This document shows positions 1-11,938 of a stretch of 64,000 nucleotides of DNA, in pieces. Made by a program: the position numbers and the translations under genes. Positions within the stretch are counted from its first letter, which is position 1, and each line of letters opens with the position of its first letter. This DNA is from Camelus dromedarius. Its lineage: Eukaryota. The notes below the pieces were generated by a model. The model was not told where the DNA came from. It did no database searches and saw nothing but the letters and a program-made list of their open reading frames with translations. The stretch lies in assembly GCF_036321535.1 (NCBI RefSeq), contig NC_087437.1:68574001-68638000 (forward strand), read 5' to 3'.

Positions 1-1098
1 TCTGCTCCCCAAATCAGCAGGTGGAGACGGTTCCTGTGAAGTCTGCCTTAGACTCCCTCATTTAGAAATTTCCACGGCACCAGAAATCAGTATCTAGAGA
101 ATCCCAAAGAACAAATGAGAGGAAATGATCCCCTCATTTCTCACCCCCTGTTCTGTCACTAAGACAGCGGGGTCCTTGTCTCACACAGAGGTAGTCACAC
201 AACTCTATTTTAGAGGAAGAGCAGAAGTCTGCAATTTTCTCACTAGTGCTTCTAGTTTTACCTCTAATTTCTCCAGGACAGTAAAAAAAAAAAAAAAAAA
301 AAAAAAAATGATATTCTAAACAATATGAAGATTGAGCTTTTTAAAAATATCTGTATTACAGGACTAAGTAATGAAACTCTTTCCGCCTTCAGGTTCTAAG
401 AAACGTGTTGCAAATCCATTAAGTGTATTTAAGTGTATACATAATATTAAAAATACAATTGGTCTTTATGGTATATTATTTTATACAATTTTGAAGGAGA
501 AAGAAAGATGGAAGATGCAGGCATATGAAATGTGCACGTATACAGCTTGGATTGGCTTAAAAACAAGTTTAAAGGTGTTAAAACCCAGCCACTAAGGTGT
601 TCACACTAACATACCAACTCTGCTGGCAAATTGAAGTTCGTTTTTCTGTTCTCAAACAAGATTGCCGAGATCCACGTGCTGACTGATGTTTGATCTACGT
701 GAGATTCAGAACTGGATTTTTAAGAACTCCGCTGAGAGTCTCATGCTCTTACTATCAATTTCTCTTTTCTAAAAATGTAGGGCATATGCCCATTTATTTT
801 CCAAATGAACTCTATAAGATTTTGAATAATAAATAGCTTGAATAATGGTACCAATTGAAATTCCTGATGAAAGGAAGCTGAATTCTTCTACTGGATGATT
901 CTGATTTTGTTCACAATAATGGAAAGAAGGTAAAGTGTCAGAGTAGGATTGAGGGAGGCAGGTTGTTCTATTATCTCTTTTTAATATGCTAGGCTATTTT
1001 CCACTATTAAACTCACATGCATTTTATTTAATGTAAAATAAATAATAACACTCTCCTTCCTTCATTCACTTGTTTCCGTCTTTAAAAGCTCGTTTCTG

Positions 1099-1112
1099 GT
1101 TGCCATGGTGAT
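1099..1112. promoter_or_regulatory. RFX X-box-like motif
   Basis: GTTGCCATGGTGAT, compared with the palindromic X-box GTTGCCATGGCAAC; lies in non-repeat sequence. Confidence 0.35.
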
Positions 1113-2343
1113 GGTGCCACTCTGATATTTATTTAAGTGAAACACTTTCATCTCACTGCCTTGAAGACAGGTACTGGAAGGGCCAGAAGAAAACACCTGA
1201 CAACACAGCCTGCTCGCTGGAATAAAGGGCCCTCATTCTGTGGCCAATGGCCAGTCACCCTGATAAGAGAAATCATCCTGTAAGAGTAATGGAAGGGCGT
1301 CTTATCTCTCACTGTGCAGTTTTATTTTCTCTTTTAATTGTTTTATTTTGTTATGTTTTGTTTTATAAAAGAGTAAGAAATAATGTTAGGGATTAATAGG
1401 CAATGTTTAAAACTGAAGTCATTTGTAGACAGATCTGCTCCTTGGATTTAAGAAGACCTTTAGAGATGAAGAGGGAAAGAAACCTTTAAGAGAAAGCCCC
1501 TTTTTACTCTTAAAAAGTGAAACAGAGGAACGGCACCATTTATAATAAAGAAGACACTCCCTAAATTGTACCTGTTTGTAGTTATGGCCAACCTATTGAA
1601 ATTGGTTTCAAGTCTGTGGCCACAGTGAATACCATGATGTCTTCATTTAGAAAAATCAGCACATTTCCACTTGCTATGCAACTTAAGGTTGCCTGCTGCG
1701 TACAACTCTAGCAGAGGAACTCTGGCGTTTAAAATCATAATGGGAATCACTTTTGATGGACTTCAGTTTACAAAAGTACTATCTCTCATTATCCAAGCAC
1801 ATTTAACTCTAATACATTATGTTAGGAGAGTTAAGTGTTAGGAGATTGTTTGTATCTGTACTTTACTTCTCCGCTCTGCTGCTGCTGATGTCACCTTGGC
1901 AGAGCAACAAAGGTTTAAGAATGGCCTCTGGAGTCAAATATACTGAACCTACACTCCACAACTTCCTTGCTGTGTGAAGGTGGGCAAATAACTTTGCGTA
2001 GTTGACCAAAATGCAATGACTAAGAGTCTTAATATGGACCATTGGGCTTGGTTGGACATTACAATGAATGTCTCTTTTGTAAAGTGTCTTCCCAGTCTTA
2101 ATGACGATGGGGAACATGATCTTGAGTTTTAGTTAATTCAAAAGATACACTTTCCCTTTAAAATTAGGGGCACTATCAGAGTTAAAGTGTTTATCTAAAC
2201 AAATGTGGGGTGCTGGCCTAACAGTGATTACAGTTGGCTATGCCATTTAAACTTATGTAAATTTAGAAAGGTCGTTTCATCTCTCAAACCATAATATTCC
2301 CATTAACCAAATAAGGGATTTAGACAAATGATGTCCCAGATCT

Positions 2344-2606
2344 TTTTTTTTTTTTTTTTAGGTATATCATTTTATTTTTTATTGAGGTATAGTCCATTAC
2401 AATGTGTCAGTCTCTGGTGTACAGCGTACTGTCCCAGTCATACAATAGACATACTTATATTTGTTTTCATGTTCTTTTTCATTAAAGGTTATTACAAGAT
2501 ATTGAATATAGTTTCCTGTGCTATACAGAAGAAATATGTTTTTTTAATCTATTTTTATATATAGTAGTTAATATTTGCAAATCTCAAACTCTCAAATTCC
2601 CCCTAC
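2344..2606 (-). mobile_element. L1 3' end fragment (camelid/artiodactyl type)
   Basis: Poly-T, then the reverse complement of L1 3'UTR text (attgaatatagtttcctgtgctatacag; atttgcaaatctcaaactc); imperfect flanking repeat cccagatctttt / cccaatctttt. Confidence 0.85.
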
Positions 2607-2709
2607 CCCAATCTTTTACCTCTCTACATTCTGTGACCCTTCCGCCATTGTTCTTGGTCGCAGATTAACACAAGGGTTCCCCTTCTTAGCTTAAGAATCA
2701 GCTCAGCCT

Positions 2710-2963
2710 CAAATTTATAGAATCAGAGAGTGAAACGGTGGTTTCCAGGGACTGGGAGGAGAAGGAGATAGGGAGTTACTAATCATTGGGGATAAGATTT
2801 CGGTTAAGCAAGATAAGTAAGTTCTAGAGATCTGGTGTATAACACTAGACTTAAAGTCAACAATGGTGTACTGCACACTTAAAATTTTGGTAGGTGTTAG
2901 ACCTCATGTTACATGTTCTATAAATAAAAGGAAATTATGATTAAAAAAAATATTTTTGAAAGA
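2710..2963 (+). mobile_element. L1MA-type 3' end fragment with TSD
   Basis: L1 3'UTR text (gttctagagatctg...tagacctcatgtt), A-rich tail; flanked by ttaagaatcagc(t/c)cagcct at 2691-2709 and 2964-2982. Confidence 0.85.
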
Positions 2964-4037
2964 TTAAGAATCAGCCCAGCCTTGGAGAGTCAGAGAACTG
3001 GGCTGAGGGGCTTCGTGGGGAGTTTCCCATCTGATGGTATATGTGTTCGAGCACCTATTCGAGGTTTATCCATTTTCTGGTTCATGAAGTTTTGTTTTAA
3101 CAACTAGTGAAAAAGAAATGTGTCACTCCTACTTAAAACAAACAAAATAAAACAACTGGAGGAACATTTCCCAAGCCGTTCTCAGTCGGCTGGCAGAAAT
3201 AACTGTAATGATTCGTAAATCACACTGAGTGTGATGGAAATGACTGGATTTACAACCATTTCCTTTTCTCAGGCTTTTAATTATATCTGCATTCCTTTTT
3301 ATCTCCAGTCCTCCAGAAAAGGTCATTCCTGTTTATTCTTTTTATCTGAATGTTTTGCGTGTCTTTTTTTCCTTTAAGTATGAGAAAACATCGAAAACTT
3401 TACAAGCAGTCTAGATGACTAAAAGATACTTTGTTTTCCAATTTTAAAGTCCTCAGTCTCAGATCGTACTTTCCTCTTTTCCTTTTCTTCTTTCACTAAT
3501 GGACCTCTCTGATGCATAAAGAATTTACACAGCAGTTCTCTTCATCGCTTTTGCTCCCCCCTTACTCAAAGTAGATAAGAGCATCTCCAGCACACATCCA
3601 CAGTCATTATATGCTCCAGGGATGCTAGTCAAATAGTTTCAGATTTTAATGTAGTCAGAGTAGCAAAACAATATGCAAAGAAGAAAAGCACCAAAGAGAG
3701 CTAGGAATTGACTAATCTGCAGGTGTTTGTGGAAGCAGGAGAGAGAATACACGTGCCTTCTCTGATATAGTACCCGGTGTTCTGAAAAGTTGCATATAAA
3801 TCATATCTTTAAAAATTGATTTAGACTTTCAATTCACTGGAATAGCATAAGAAACTTGAATGATACATTTTCTGTGCATCAGATTGCTGAAGGAGAGATT
3901 GTGACTCTTTATTCCTTCTGTTTCTGTAAATATACTTGATTTTTAAAATTGAGCATAATGATCACTGAATAGTTTTTAAGAAAAATGGCATGCCAATATT
4001 TTAGCCTTTCATTAGAAGGAAAGCAAATACATTCTAG

Positions 4038-4310
4038 GTCAGTGGCTTTCAAGTGTTTTTGATCATGTACTTAGTAGCCAGATATATACAAACATACATA
4101 CACATACACACACATGTATATATATATATGTGTGTGTGTGTGTGCATACTTATTTTAAAGTTTCACAAAACAATGTTGAGCCTTCTGTGCATGACATATT
4201 CTATTTTTCCCTTCCTTTTATTCTTTTTTATTAAAAATTTATTAAAACCCCCTAAAGTGACTTCATAACTGACTAATATGTCACAATATGTGGTTTGAAA
4301 TCTAGAGCTG
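4038..4310. mobile_element. Possible hAT-Charlie DNA transposon relic containing a TA/CA/TG microsatellite
   Basis: Starts cagtggctttcaa and ends near ggtttgaaatctag, resembling Charlie termini; degraded. Confidence 0.35.
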
Positions 4311-4789
4311 TAGATAAATAGTAGGTTGAGAGAGATTATATGCATAAATGACAGAAGTAGAGGTTTGGAATGTTAAAGTCCCAAACCAAGCAAGTCATCT
4401 AAGTAAATGTAAAAAGTCAGAGATAGTTAAAAAGATATATGATCTCATGGGAATTCTCTTTAGCTAAATTAATTCAGAGCTTTGTCCATGACAAGCACTC
4501 AAATATTTGTCAAAGACTGCATCTCTTAGTTACACATTGGCTGGCCATTTACCTGAAGCTGCGGGGAATTTGTCAGTGCTAAGTCTTCAAAAGACTATCT
4601 AGAAAGGAAAGAAGAGAGCAGGCCCAGCTGTTGAGAAAAGGCAGAAGAATAGGGTGATACGAAAGTCCTGGAACCATGGCAAGAAATCAGTCAGGACCTG
4701 CTGGGTTAGCCAGGTGAGAAAGTAGGGTCACCAGTCTTGGGATTCCTATGGGTGGGTTAACCAGCTCTCCGTGATACATCAGGAAAGGA

Positions 4790-4900
4790 TTAGACCTGGA
4801 GACAAAGGAGTTTGGTTCTAGCTCTCTCTCTCTGACACTGGTTTGCACTGTTACCCCTGGGATAAGTCACTACACTTTTCTAGTCCTCACTGTTTCTCAT
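4790..4900 (+). mobile_element. MIR fragment
   Basis: ggttctagctct...gataagtcactacacttttctagtcctcactgtttctcat (MIR core). Confidence 0.55.
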
Positions 4901-5584
4901 GTTTGGCTCTTAAATTCTTATCCAGTATAATCACTGGATGACCTTATAAATCTGATATGTAAGCCCAGTCATACAACAAATAGAGTTTAGGCCATTTCTA
5001 TGGGAGATCTGATATTGGAAACACAGGACAGAGGTATCCACCATCTAGAGATGCAGGGCAACAGGAGAAATAAACAGACCTTGAAGACAGGGACCGGCTG
5101 AGGGCAGCAATTCTGGACCAAGAGTAAGAAAATTGGGTTCAAACTAACCCTTTTCCTAAGCCATCTCTTCTGACACTGGATCTTTGTATTAACACCTGCT
5201 CAGGACCAGGGTCACTGCCAGGGAGAGTGTGAGACTGAGCTATCAGTCAGTCACTGTAAATGGGATATGTCTCTGGGGTGGGAGAAGAGAACGAGGAAAA
5301 TTCAGGTTGTTTCCGTCTGAGTTGGCCCAGGAGAGAGAGGTATTATCTCTGAATGACATGGCCAGTTTTCCACAAGCACTTTCAAGCACCAAAATTTGGA
5401 CTATCAAGAAGCTTAGTATTTAAATAGTCTGTGACTTGACTTTTTTAAAAGTACTCTTTTGTAGGATTCTGTAAATTTACTGCTTAAATGACACATGTAT
5501 AGTTTTTTTTTTAAGACTTGCGTAAAGCATATAAACTTGAACTATCTATAATGGCAATTAATTAAGGCAACGATATGATTGAGA

Positions 5585-5780
5585 ATTTCATTTATTTGTT
5601 TAGTCACCAAATATTAACTGAGTGCCTGTTACTTTCCAAGGACACTGTATTAGCCTTGAGGCCAGAAAAATGAATAATACTAAGCCTCTGCCTTGAAGGA
5701 TTTCATGGTCTAGTAGGAGAGTTAGACGTATAAATAGATAAATTGCAATACAATGTGATAAGTGCTTTAATATAGATAAG
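5585..5780 (-). mobile_element. L2 3' end fragment
   Basis: tcatttatttg...aaatattaactgagtgcct...tctgccttgaaggatttcatggtctagtaggag...caatgtgataagtgct. Confidence 0.7.
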
Positions 5781-6214
5781 AAATGATTAATATAAATGAA
5801 AACCAAATTAAGCACATTAAGCTCTTCTCAAAAGAAGGGAAATTTGTTCACATAAAATATTATTATTAAACTGTATTATTCTTCAATTCCCTAAATGATA
5901 TTTGAAGATAATGTCTTGCTCTTTTTTCTTCTAGCCCCATTAGTTTTCATTTTTACTCCACTGGGGTGGGTGTGTGCACACAGGCACACGCATAGGTGAG
6001 CTGTATCCTGTCATTCCTCCCCTAGTTCCTGTAAAAGTGTCAACAACTTTTACAATCAGTATAAGGGCTATAATTAAAAGACACAGATCTTCAGACATCA
6101 AAGTATTTTCCCCCACCAGCCCTAGTCCTCTCTAGGGCAATTAGAGATATTAATATTAAAAAACAAACAAACAAACAGATCAGGGAATAGAAGTGCAGAG
6201 GGAGTAAAAGGATA

Positions 6215-6460
6215 GTAGTAACAATAGCTGATGTCTATTGAGTGTTTGCTGTGTGCTTGATACTGTTCTGAGTCCTTTACACATTTTAATTTCTTAAATC
6301 CAAACAACAACCCCACAAGGTAGACCTATTATTATTCCCATTGTATTAGTCAGGAAGCCGAGGCATAGGGAGGTTAATTAGCTTCCGTAAGGTCACACAA
6401 CCAGGAAATACAGAGTCATGAGTTGAACTTGCCAGACTCCAGAACTGACAATTTAACAAC
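6215..6460 (-). mobile_element. MIR, near full length
   Basis: tattgagtgtttgctgtgtgc...aacaacccc...gaggcatagggaggttaattagctt...aaggtcacacaac. Confidence 0.8.
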
Positions 6461-6725
6461 TGGGCTGGGCTAAGTTGAAAAATATTATTTCTTGCATTTA
6501 TTTCCTTAGAAAATCCTGAAGTGATATTCATATTAAATATATATTAATAGAATGGAATACAGGCAGCAGGAGAAGGAGGTGAAAGAATAAACTCAGTAAC
6601 ATCTTGCTTCCTCCCCTGTAGTTTTCATGTGTTGCTTTATCTTGCAGACAGCATAAATCATGACTGTAGAAAAGATTAGAATTTTCAAGAATGGTAAATG
6701 TCTACTTCATATTGTTGCTTCAGTA

Positions 6726-6728
<3 letters not shown>

Positions 6729-6756
<28 letters not shown>
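6729..6756. repeat. (TG)n microsatellite
   Basis: Directly visible. Confidence 0.95.
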
Positions 6757-6759
<3 letters not shown>

Positions 6760-7669
6760 GGGAGGGGGGGTTGTTTTGTTTTGTTTTTGGTAGATATCTT
6801 CCTAGCTACCACCCACAAGCCAAGCCTAAGAGGGAAAGCAGCTTTCTACTTTTATATTTTGTGAGAACAATACAGTTAATTGAGAATAGGGTCACCTTAA
6901 AAAAGATTACCATAATGCTAATTGCATATCATTCGTTCAAGTCCATTTCCTCCATAATCACAAATATTAATTAAATGACTGCATTATTCCCACTGTATTC
7001 TTGAGGAAAACTGAGGCATCAGGCAGTTAAGTGAGCACACGGAGGTGGTTGTCAATTTCAGGTGGAAGGGGAGTAAACTAGAGGCGTCCGGCTACTACTG
7101 CCCTAGTTTATGAGAATGTTCTGCCCTTTAACTGGTAGTTAAGGAATTCAGAAAACTGATATATATACCCATTTGAGATCCTTTTGAATGCACCTCTGCC
7201 ATTGTTACCAGCTTTTATTGGTAGCACTACGCAGCTCAATTCTCTTCTTCTTAGCCTATCCAGATGTGAAAATAATTGTGCCCTGACTCCCAGGCACAGA
7301 TGCTCCTTTGATTATTAGTTCCTACTAGTGGCCTGAGGTCTATGGTGCCACATTGTCTTTTGACGTGAGCCTGACAAGTCCTTTATTTTGGAACTGGAAT
7401 AAAAGCCGTAGAGACCATCTAGTCACCTCTTCCCCCATTTAATCAATGAAAAGGCTGAGGTCAGAGAATCTGCCTCCTCACGTAGGTCTCTGTTCCTTAA
7501 TCCCTTCAAGTGCTAGCAATAATTACAGGAAGACATTAGGGCTGCAGGAGTCCCCTGGGCTCTCGCTTTTCCCTTGTGTATCTTCTCTAATACCAAATAA
7601 TGTGAGGATGTCTCCAACCCACAAGATCCTACTCATGAAAATCCTCTGCCACTGATGGCAATGATTTCC

Positions 7670-7850
7670 CAGTAAAAGAGCACTGAACTTAAAATCGAAC
7701 ACCAGGATCCAAAACTTGCCTGTGATATTATGTGACTGTGTGACCTTGGGCATTTGGTTTAATCTCTGATTTTCAGTGTCCTCATCTGTCGAGTAGTATG
7801 GTGCCTGTTACATATCTAGGTGGTTGTGAGGATTAAATGAGATGATAGCC
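7670..7850 (+). mobile_element. MIR
   Basis: ctgtgtgaccttgggcatttggtttaatctctg...cctcatctgt...ggttgtgaggattaaatgagat. Confidence 0.8.
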
Positions 7851-7859
7851 ACAAAGACT

Positions 7860-8330
7860 GATATTTTCCTCTGTTCAGAATCTTTGATTTACTTTTCAGT
7901 GCCCTTATGATAAAGTTCCAGGTTCCTGATTTGGCCACTCTGCCTTTGCAGTGTTTCTTGCCTGCCTTGCCCCTGTTCTCTTGGGTTCTAGGTGATCTAG
8001 AATTCTTTCTGTTCTTCTAAAAGTCCAAAAGTCCATGTTCTCCCTTGTCATGGAGTCTGCTGTTTCCTCTGCCTGAAACTTTCTCCCTAACCAAACTCAC
8101 CCAGATACAGGGACTCAGCACACATGTCCTTTCTTTAGATGTCCCTGGCTTCGTGGGGTTACTTGCCCTCTGTCCCCGGGGTCCCATTCCACTTTTTGTG
8201 TTCATCATCCTCATGAGCATTTAGTTAATACCATTCTTCTTCTCTAAATGGTAGATACAAAACTAGAATCCATTCGCCTCTTGTAAACGTTTGTATCCTC
8301 AGCACATAGTGAAGCACCTGACATCAAGTG
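7860..8330 (+). mobile_element. L2 3' region, degraded
   Basis: gctgtttcctctgcctgaaactttctccc...tttgtatcctcagcacatagtgaagcacctgaca. Confidence 0.55.
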
Positions 8331-9311
8331 TCAGGATGTCTGTTTACTCTGATTATTTTTGAATACATATAGCATATAAATGTAGCATCAATTATAAAGG
8401 TATGCCTACAGAGTAGGACTGGATAAGTAGGACTGATCTACCTAGGTTAAATAATTGCTGAAGCTCTGTGGCTGCTCTGGGTAACCATTCTCCTGGCTGT
8501 AACAGCCATAAAACATTGCATTAACCTTTTCACTCCAAGCAAATCAAATATAGCTTAGACCTCTCCAGCGTTCCTTCTCAGGCCTGTATACCAATGAGTT
8601 GAACTCATTCCGTTGCAGCTCCTGAGTGCATGGAAAAACCTCATCCATCTCAATTGTCCAGCCAACCAAGAGGTTAACCTCAGCTCTTATCTCCTTTAAA
8701 CTGATGGCTTCAGAATAACAGGAATGTGTTGTCAATGTAAGCTCCAATATCAGTTGCACGACCTGGAGAAACTTTTAAAGTAGACATGCCATAAAACATA
8801 ATTATTTTTAAAGAATTTACCTAAAAAACCTTACCCCATCTATATCTAAGTCACTTGTTCCCAATGATTCTTTTTAGATTTCCCATGAAAACTTCATGAG
8901 ACATGAGACAAAATCAACCATCATCCCAAGATATTTTTCTTCCTGACAAACTTTGTAACAGAGATATCACTGTCTTATTTGACTTTTAGTAAACCTGGGT
9001 ACAATAAAAGTATTATACTTAATGTTAACAGCTCTAAAGACATGTCTGTGTTAAACCAAAAAATTCAAACTAGCTTCAATACTGAGTATTTTCCCAGATC
9101 ACGTGAAGCTGATATTAATTTGGGTTAGTTTCTATTATGTTTCTGAGAATTTATATAAGTGCTTAACTTGCTTTAAGGCAAGTAAATAGAACTGTTTACA
9201 AATTAATTTTGGCAATACCATCATCCAAAGGTGAAAAGTACCACACACCGATAACACATACAAATACAGACTCAGGGACCTCATAGTCCCATTTCAAAAT
9301 CTGTGCTCTGA

Positions 9312-9373
9312 CCTAATTACCTCCCCCCAATAAATAAATAAATAATAAACAAACAAACCCACAAGCAAACAAA
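9312..9373 (+). mobile_element. Severely 5'-truncated camelid-type SINE (tail only) with 17-bp TSD
   Basis: cctaattacctcccccc plus an A-rich tail, flanked by caaaatct(g/c)tgctctga at 9295-9311 and 9374-9390; the same tail motif occurs on the SINE at 36983-37102. Confidence 0.8.
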
Positions 9374-10290
9374 CAAAATCTCTGCTCTGAATCAGAAACA
9401 ATACAGACCACACCAGTTACAAAATTGAGTTTCTGGTAGATGGAAAAAAAAAATCCAGGTCACCTGCCTGTTCAGATGGCAAAACTCCTTTTACTAATAT
9501 TTATAGAGAAGACACTTAAGATTTGTATTTGTCCTTGGCAAGTCAGGTTCAAATGGGCAATTCAGAGGATCCATCTCTGGCCATCAAAGGATCTTAATAG
9601 CGACCCAAACTATTACAAGACATAAGATGTGTCCCCACAAGAGTACAAGAATGCAGCCCTCACAATTCCCAAAAAATTCACTCCCAAATATAAGAAAACA
9701 AAGGCCTTTTTTACGTCATTTAACAAAGCAAGAAAGTTTGAGATGACAAAGGCCCCTTTTATGGACTGGGTCCCTTATGAACAAAATCCCCAGAGAGTGG
9801 CACAGCCAGACAAAGAGACTGCTCAGAATCCTGGGCTATTTGACAGGCTGCCAGAAGCACACTGGTGTGTGCATCTTCTGGATGGCAGACACCACATACG
9901 GTATTCTCACTGGTTAACAAGGTAAGTTCTCAAGACAGTACAAGACAAAAAGAAAACCTAATTAGACCAATGGTTTTTCTCCTTATGGCAAAGGACACAA
10001 AAGACAGAGAAAAGCAAACAATGACCATCTCTGGGAGGAAAAGGACTCAGAAACCAAGTGTACTCTAGCAAATTTCAAACCAAGAGTCGTAGGGTCCAAG
10101 GAGCTAGCCCCACAACTGTTTTATCCTGCTAATCTAATTTTTAGAAGAGGAAAATTCTTATCACTCTCCTTTCCAGTAGGCCCCACAGGCAGAGATCTGG
10201 GAGACTGAGTGACTGGTAAGAATTCTTACCTTCTTGGGACTTTTGTCAGTTGTCCCAAGATCTCTTAACAGCTGTGGGATAGAGAGCCTC

Positions 10291-10758
10291 TGTCGACTGA
10301 AATAAATGTGCAGCCTAAAAGTTGGGTTATGTTTTATTTGGAGGTCTCAAGCCGGCATGACAGCCTCTCAAATCGCTCTTGAAGGTCTGCTCCGAAGAGG
10401 TAGTGGAGAAGCTAGGATATTTAGGAGCTTTACAACAAAGACCAGGTAGTTGGAACAATAAAAGATTACTTGTTATCTAAAGAAAACCAGGCATCTCAAG
10501 TTAAAGAATTTAGTGCTTTTCTATGTATGGGAGGAAGCAAACATTTGGGCTCATTGAATTCATTCCTTTGACAAACACCTAGCTAATTTAGGGCCAGTAT
10601 CTTGTCCTTTATTATTCTGAGCCCCCTCAGGGTGCACCACCGGCTGCAGAGATTGGGCTGCAGGCTTGTCTTCACTGGGGGGTGGCGGCAGCCGCTGATG
10701 ACTTGATGGCTTCAGCATTCTTTGTTTACTGACATGGTCTACAGTATTTTTTTTCACA
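10291..10758 (-). mobile_element. ERV1-type solo LTR inserted in the older ERV leader
   Basis: TG...CA termini (tgtcgactga...ttttcaca), 468 bp; minus-strand AATAAA near 10334-10339; several retained CpGs; no clear TSD. Confidence 0.75.
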
Positions 10759-10778
10759 TGTCCAGCCAGTACAGTTGC

Positions 10779-10796
10779 ATCCCATTCTCTTTGCCA
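10779..10796 (-). other. Retroviral primer-binding site, tRNA-Ser-like
   Basis: Minus strand reads TGGCAAAGAGAATGGGAT, 2 nt after the LTR end; 15/18 match to TGGCGACGAGGATGGGAT (complement of the tRNA-Ser(GCU) 3' end, from memory). Confidence 0.65.
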
Positions 10797-10798
10797 GC

Positions 10799-11325
10799 TG
10801 TTGGAGGAGGAAGAAGTCTTCCTGTACCCTTCTAGATTCTTATGGCTGGTCTAAGAATTAAATTCACATGAGGAAGATTAATAGGAGAAAATTAACCCAA
10901 AGTTTAATGACATGCATGCATGGGAGAGAGATGGGAAAACAGTAATTCACCCAATTGTCTAAAGCCCTTAAGTACCATCCACAGCTAAAGACAAAGAGGA
11001 TGTTAAGAGTGGGGAGAGGCAGTTCAGGGAGGTTACCAAGAGGAACACCAGGAGAGTAATTGTGATGCAGATTTAAGTCACTATCTTCTCCATTGATAAG
11101 CGTTTTCTAAGATTTGGTCATCCTCCTCTTCCTGGTATAGAGAAAGAGACACCTTTGCAAATGGAGATTTCCCTTACAAATGTAAATGTTTCTTACAAAA
11201 GGGCAACTGCTACCTTTGTTTTTGAGCCCTTCCCATGTCTGACCTTCCCCTCTTTATCAGAAAATAAGCTTAAAACCATTAATATGCCAGAGACATTTTG
11301 GGGTGGCGACTTTTGCTCCCCTACG
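10799..11325 (-). mobile_element. ERV1 5' LTR, MER34/MER39-like
   Basis: Plus strand begins tgttggagg and ends ttttggggtggcgacttttgctcccctac, the reverse complement of the MER34-type start TGTAGGGG...GCCACCCCAAAA; adjacent to the PBS. Confidence 0.75.
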
Positions 11326-11924
11326 CTTTCCAGCAACTTTATCTTTTCACCAGTTTGTCTTCAGCCTGGTGTAACTTCAGCAATATTGTTAGCAGTCTGC
11401 ACTGTCATTGTGCATAATTCCATTCAGTAGGGCTGATTTTAAAAACAGCCTATCTGGCTGAAGAATAATCATCTCATTCCTTTGCTATCCCTACTTACTT
11501 ATCTGCATAGTTTTATCTGTTTTAGAGTTGAATTTTATCTGAAAGAGCAAATGTTATAGTCGTAAATAATAGCTATTTAGGTAGCTATTTCACTTTCCCA
11601 GAACTATTTACTTGGCTTCTATGATCCTGAATTGCTTATGTTTTACACAAATGTAGTAGATGTTGTTTCTTCGGAGTCCATTTCCCAGTGATACGCGTGA
11701 ATTGTAGTTCAACAAATGAAGTGAATTTTATTTAAACAGACTGGATTATTTGCATCCAAACAGGTTCACTCAGACTAATTTAATTTACATGAGAATAGGT
11801 TAATCTCTCCAAATAAGTGATTGCTATATGCTGAATTGCCACAGCATCCCCAACTTCCTCACCATTTCTCCTGCAGTGTAGATGGATCCTGAATTTACCT
11901 GTTGCTACTCCAGTCAACTATTCC

Positions 11925-11938
11925 GTTACCTAGGCAAC
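11925..11938. promoter_or_regulatory. RFX X-box motif
   Basis: GTTACCTAGGCAAC, near-palindromic match to GTTRCCATGGYAAC. Confidence 0.45.

Larger units (their letters stand above)
8780..10796 (-). mobile_element. ERV1 (MER4-group-like) internal/leader sequence, non-coding, interrupted by a SINE tail and a solo LTR
   Basis: Abuts the LTR at 10799 through a PBS; contains the GGTAAGAATTCTTACC splice-donor palindrome; no gag/pol/env ORF recognisable; left boundary approximate. Confidence 0.7.

Noticed and set aside
8317..8337. Hairpin cctgaca-tcaag-tgtcagg
   Set aside because: A 7-bp stem at the end of an L2 relic, expected by chance in 64 kb.
9440..10068. Overlapping ORFs as ERV gag/pol
   Set aside because: They are antisense to the ERV orientation defined by the PBS and have no retroviral protein motifs.
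10286..10763. TSD around the nested LTR
   Set aside because: The flanks (gcctc and tgtcc) do not match, so no TSD is claimed.
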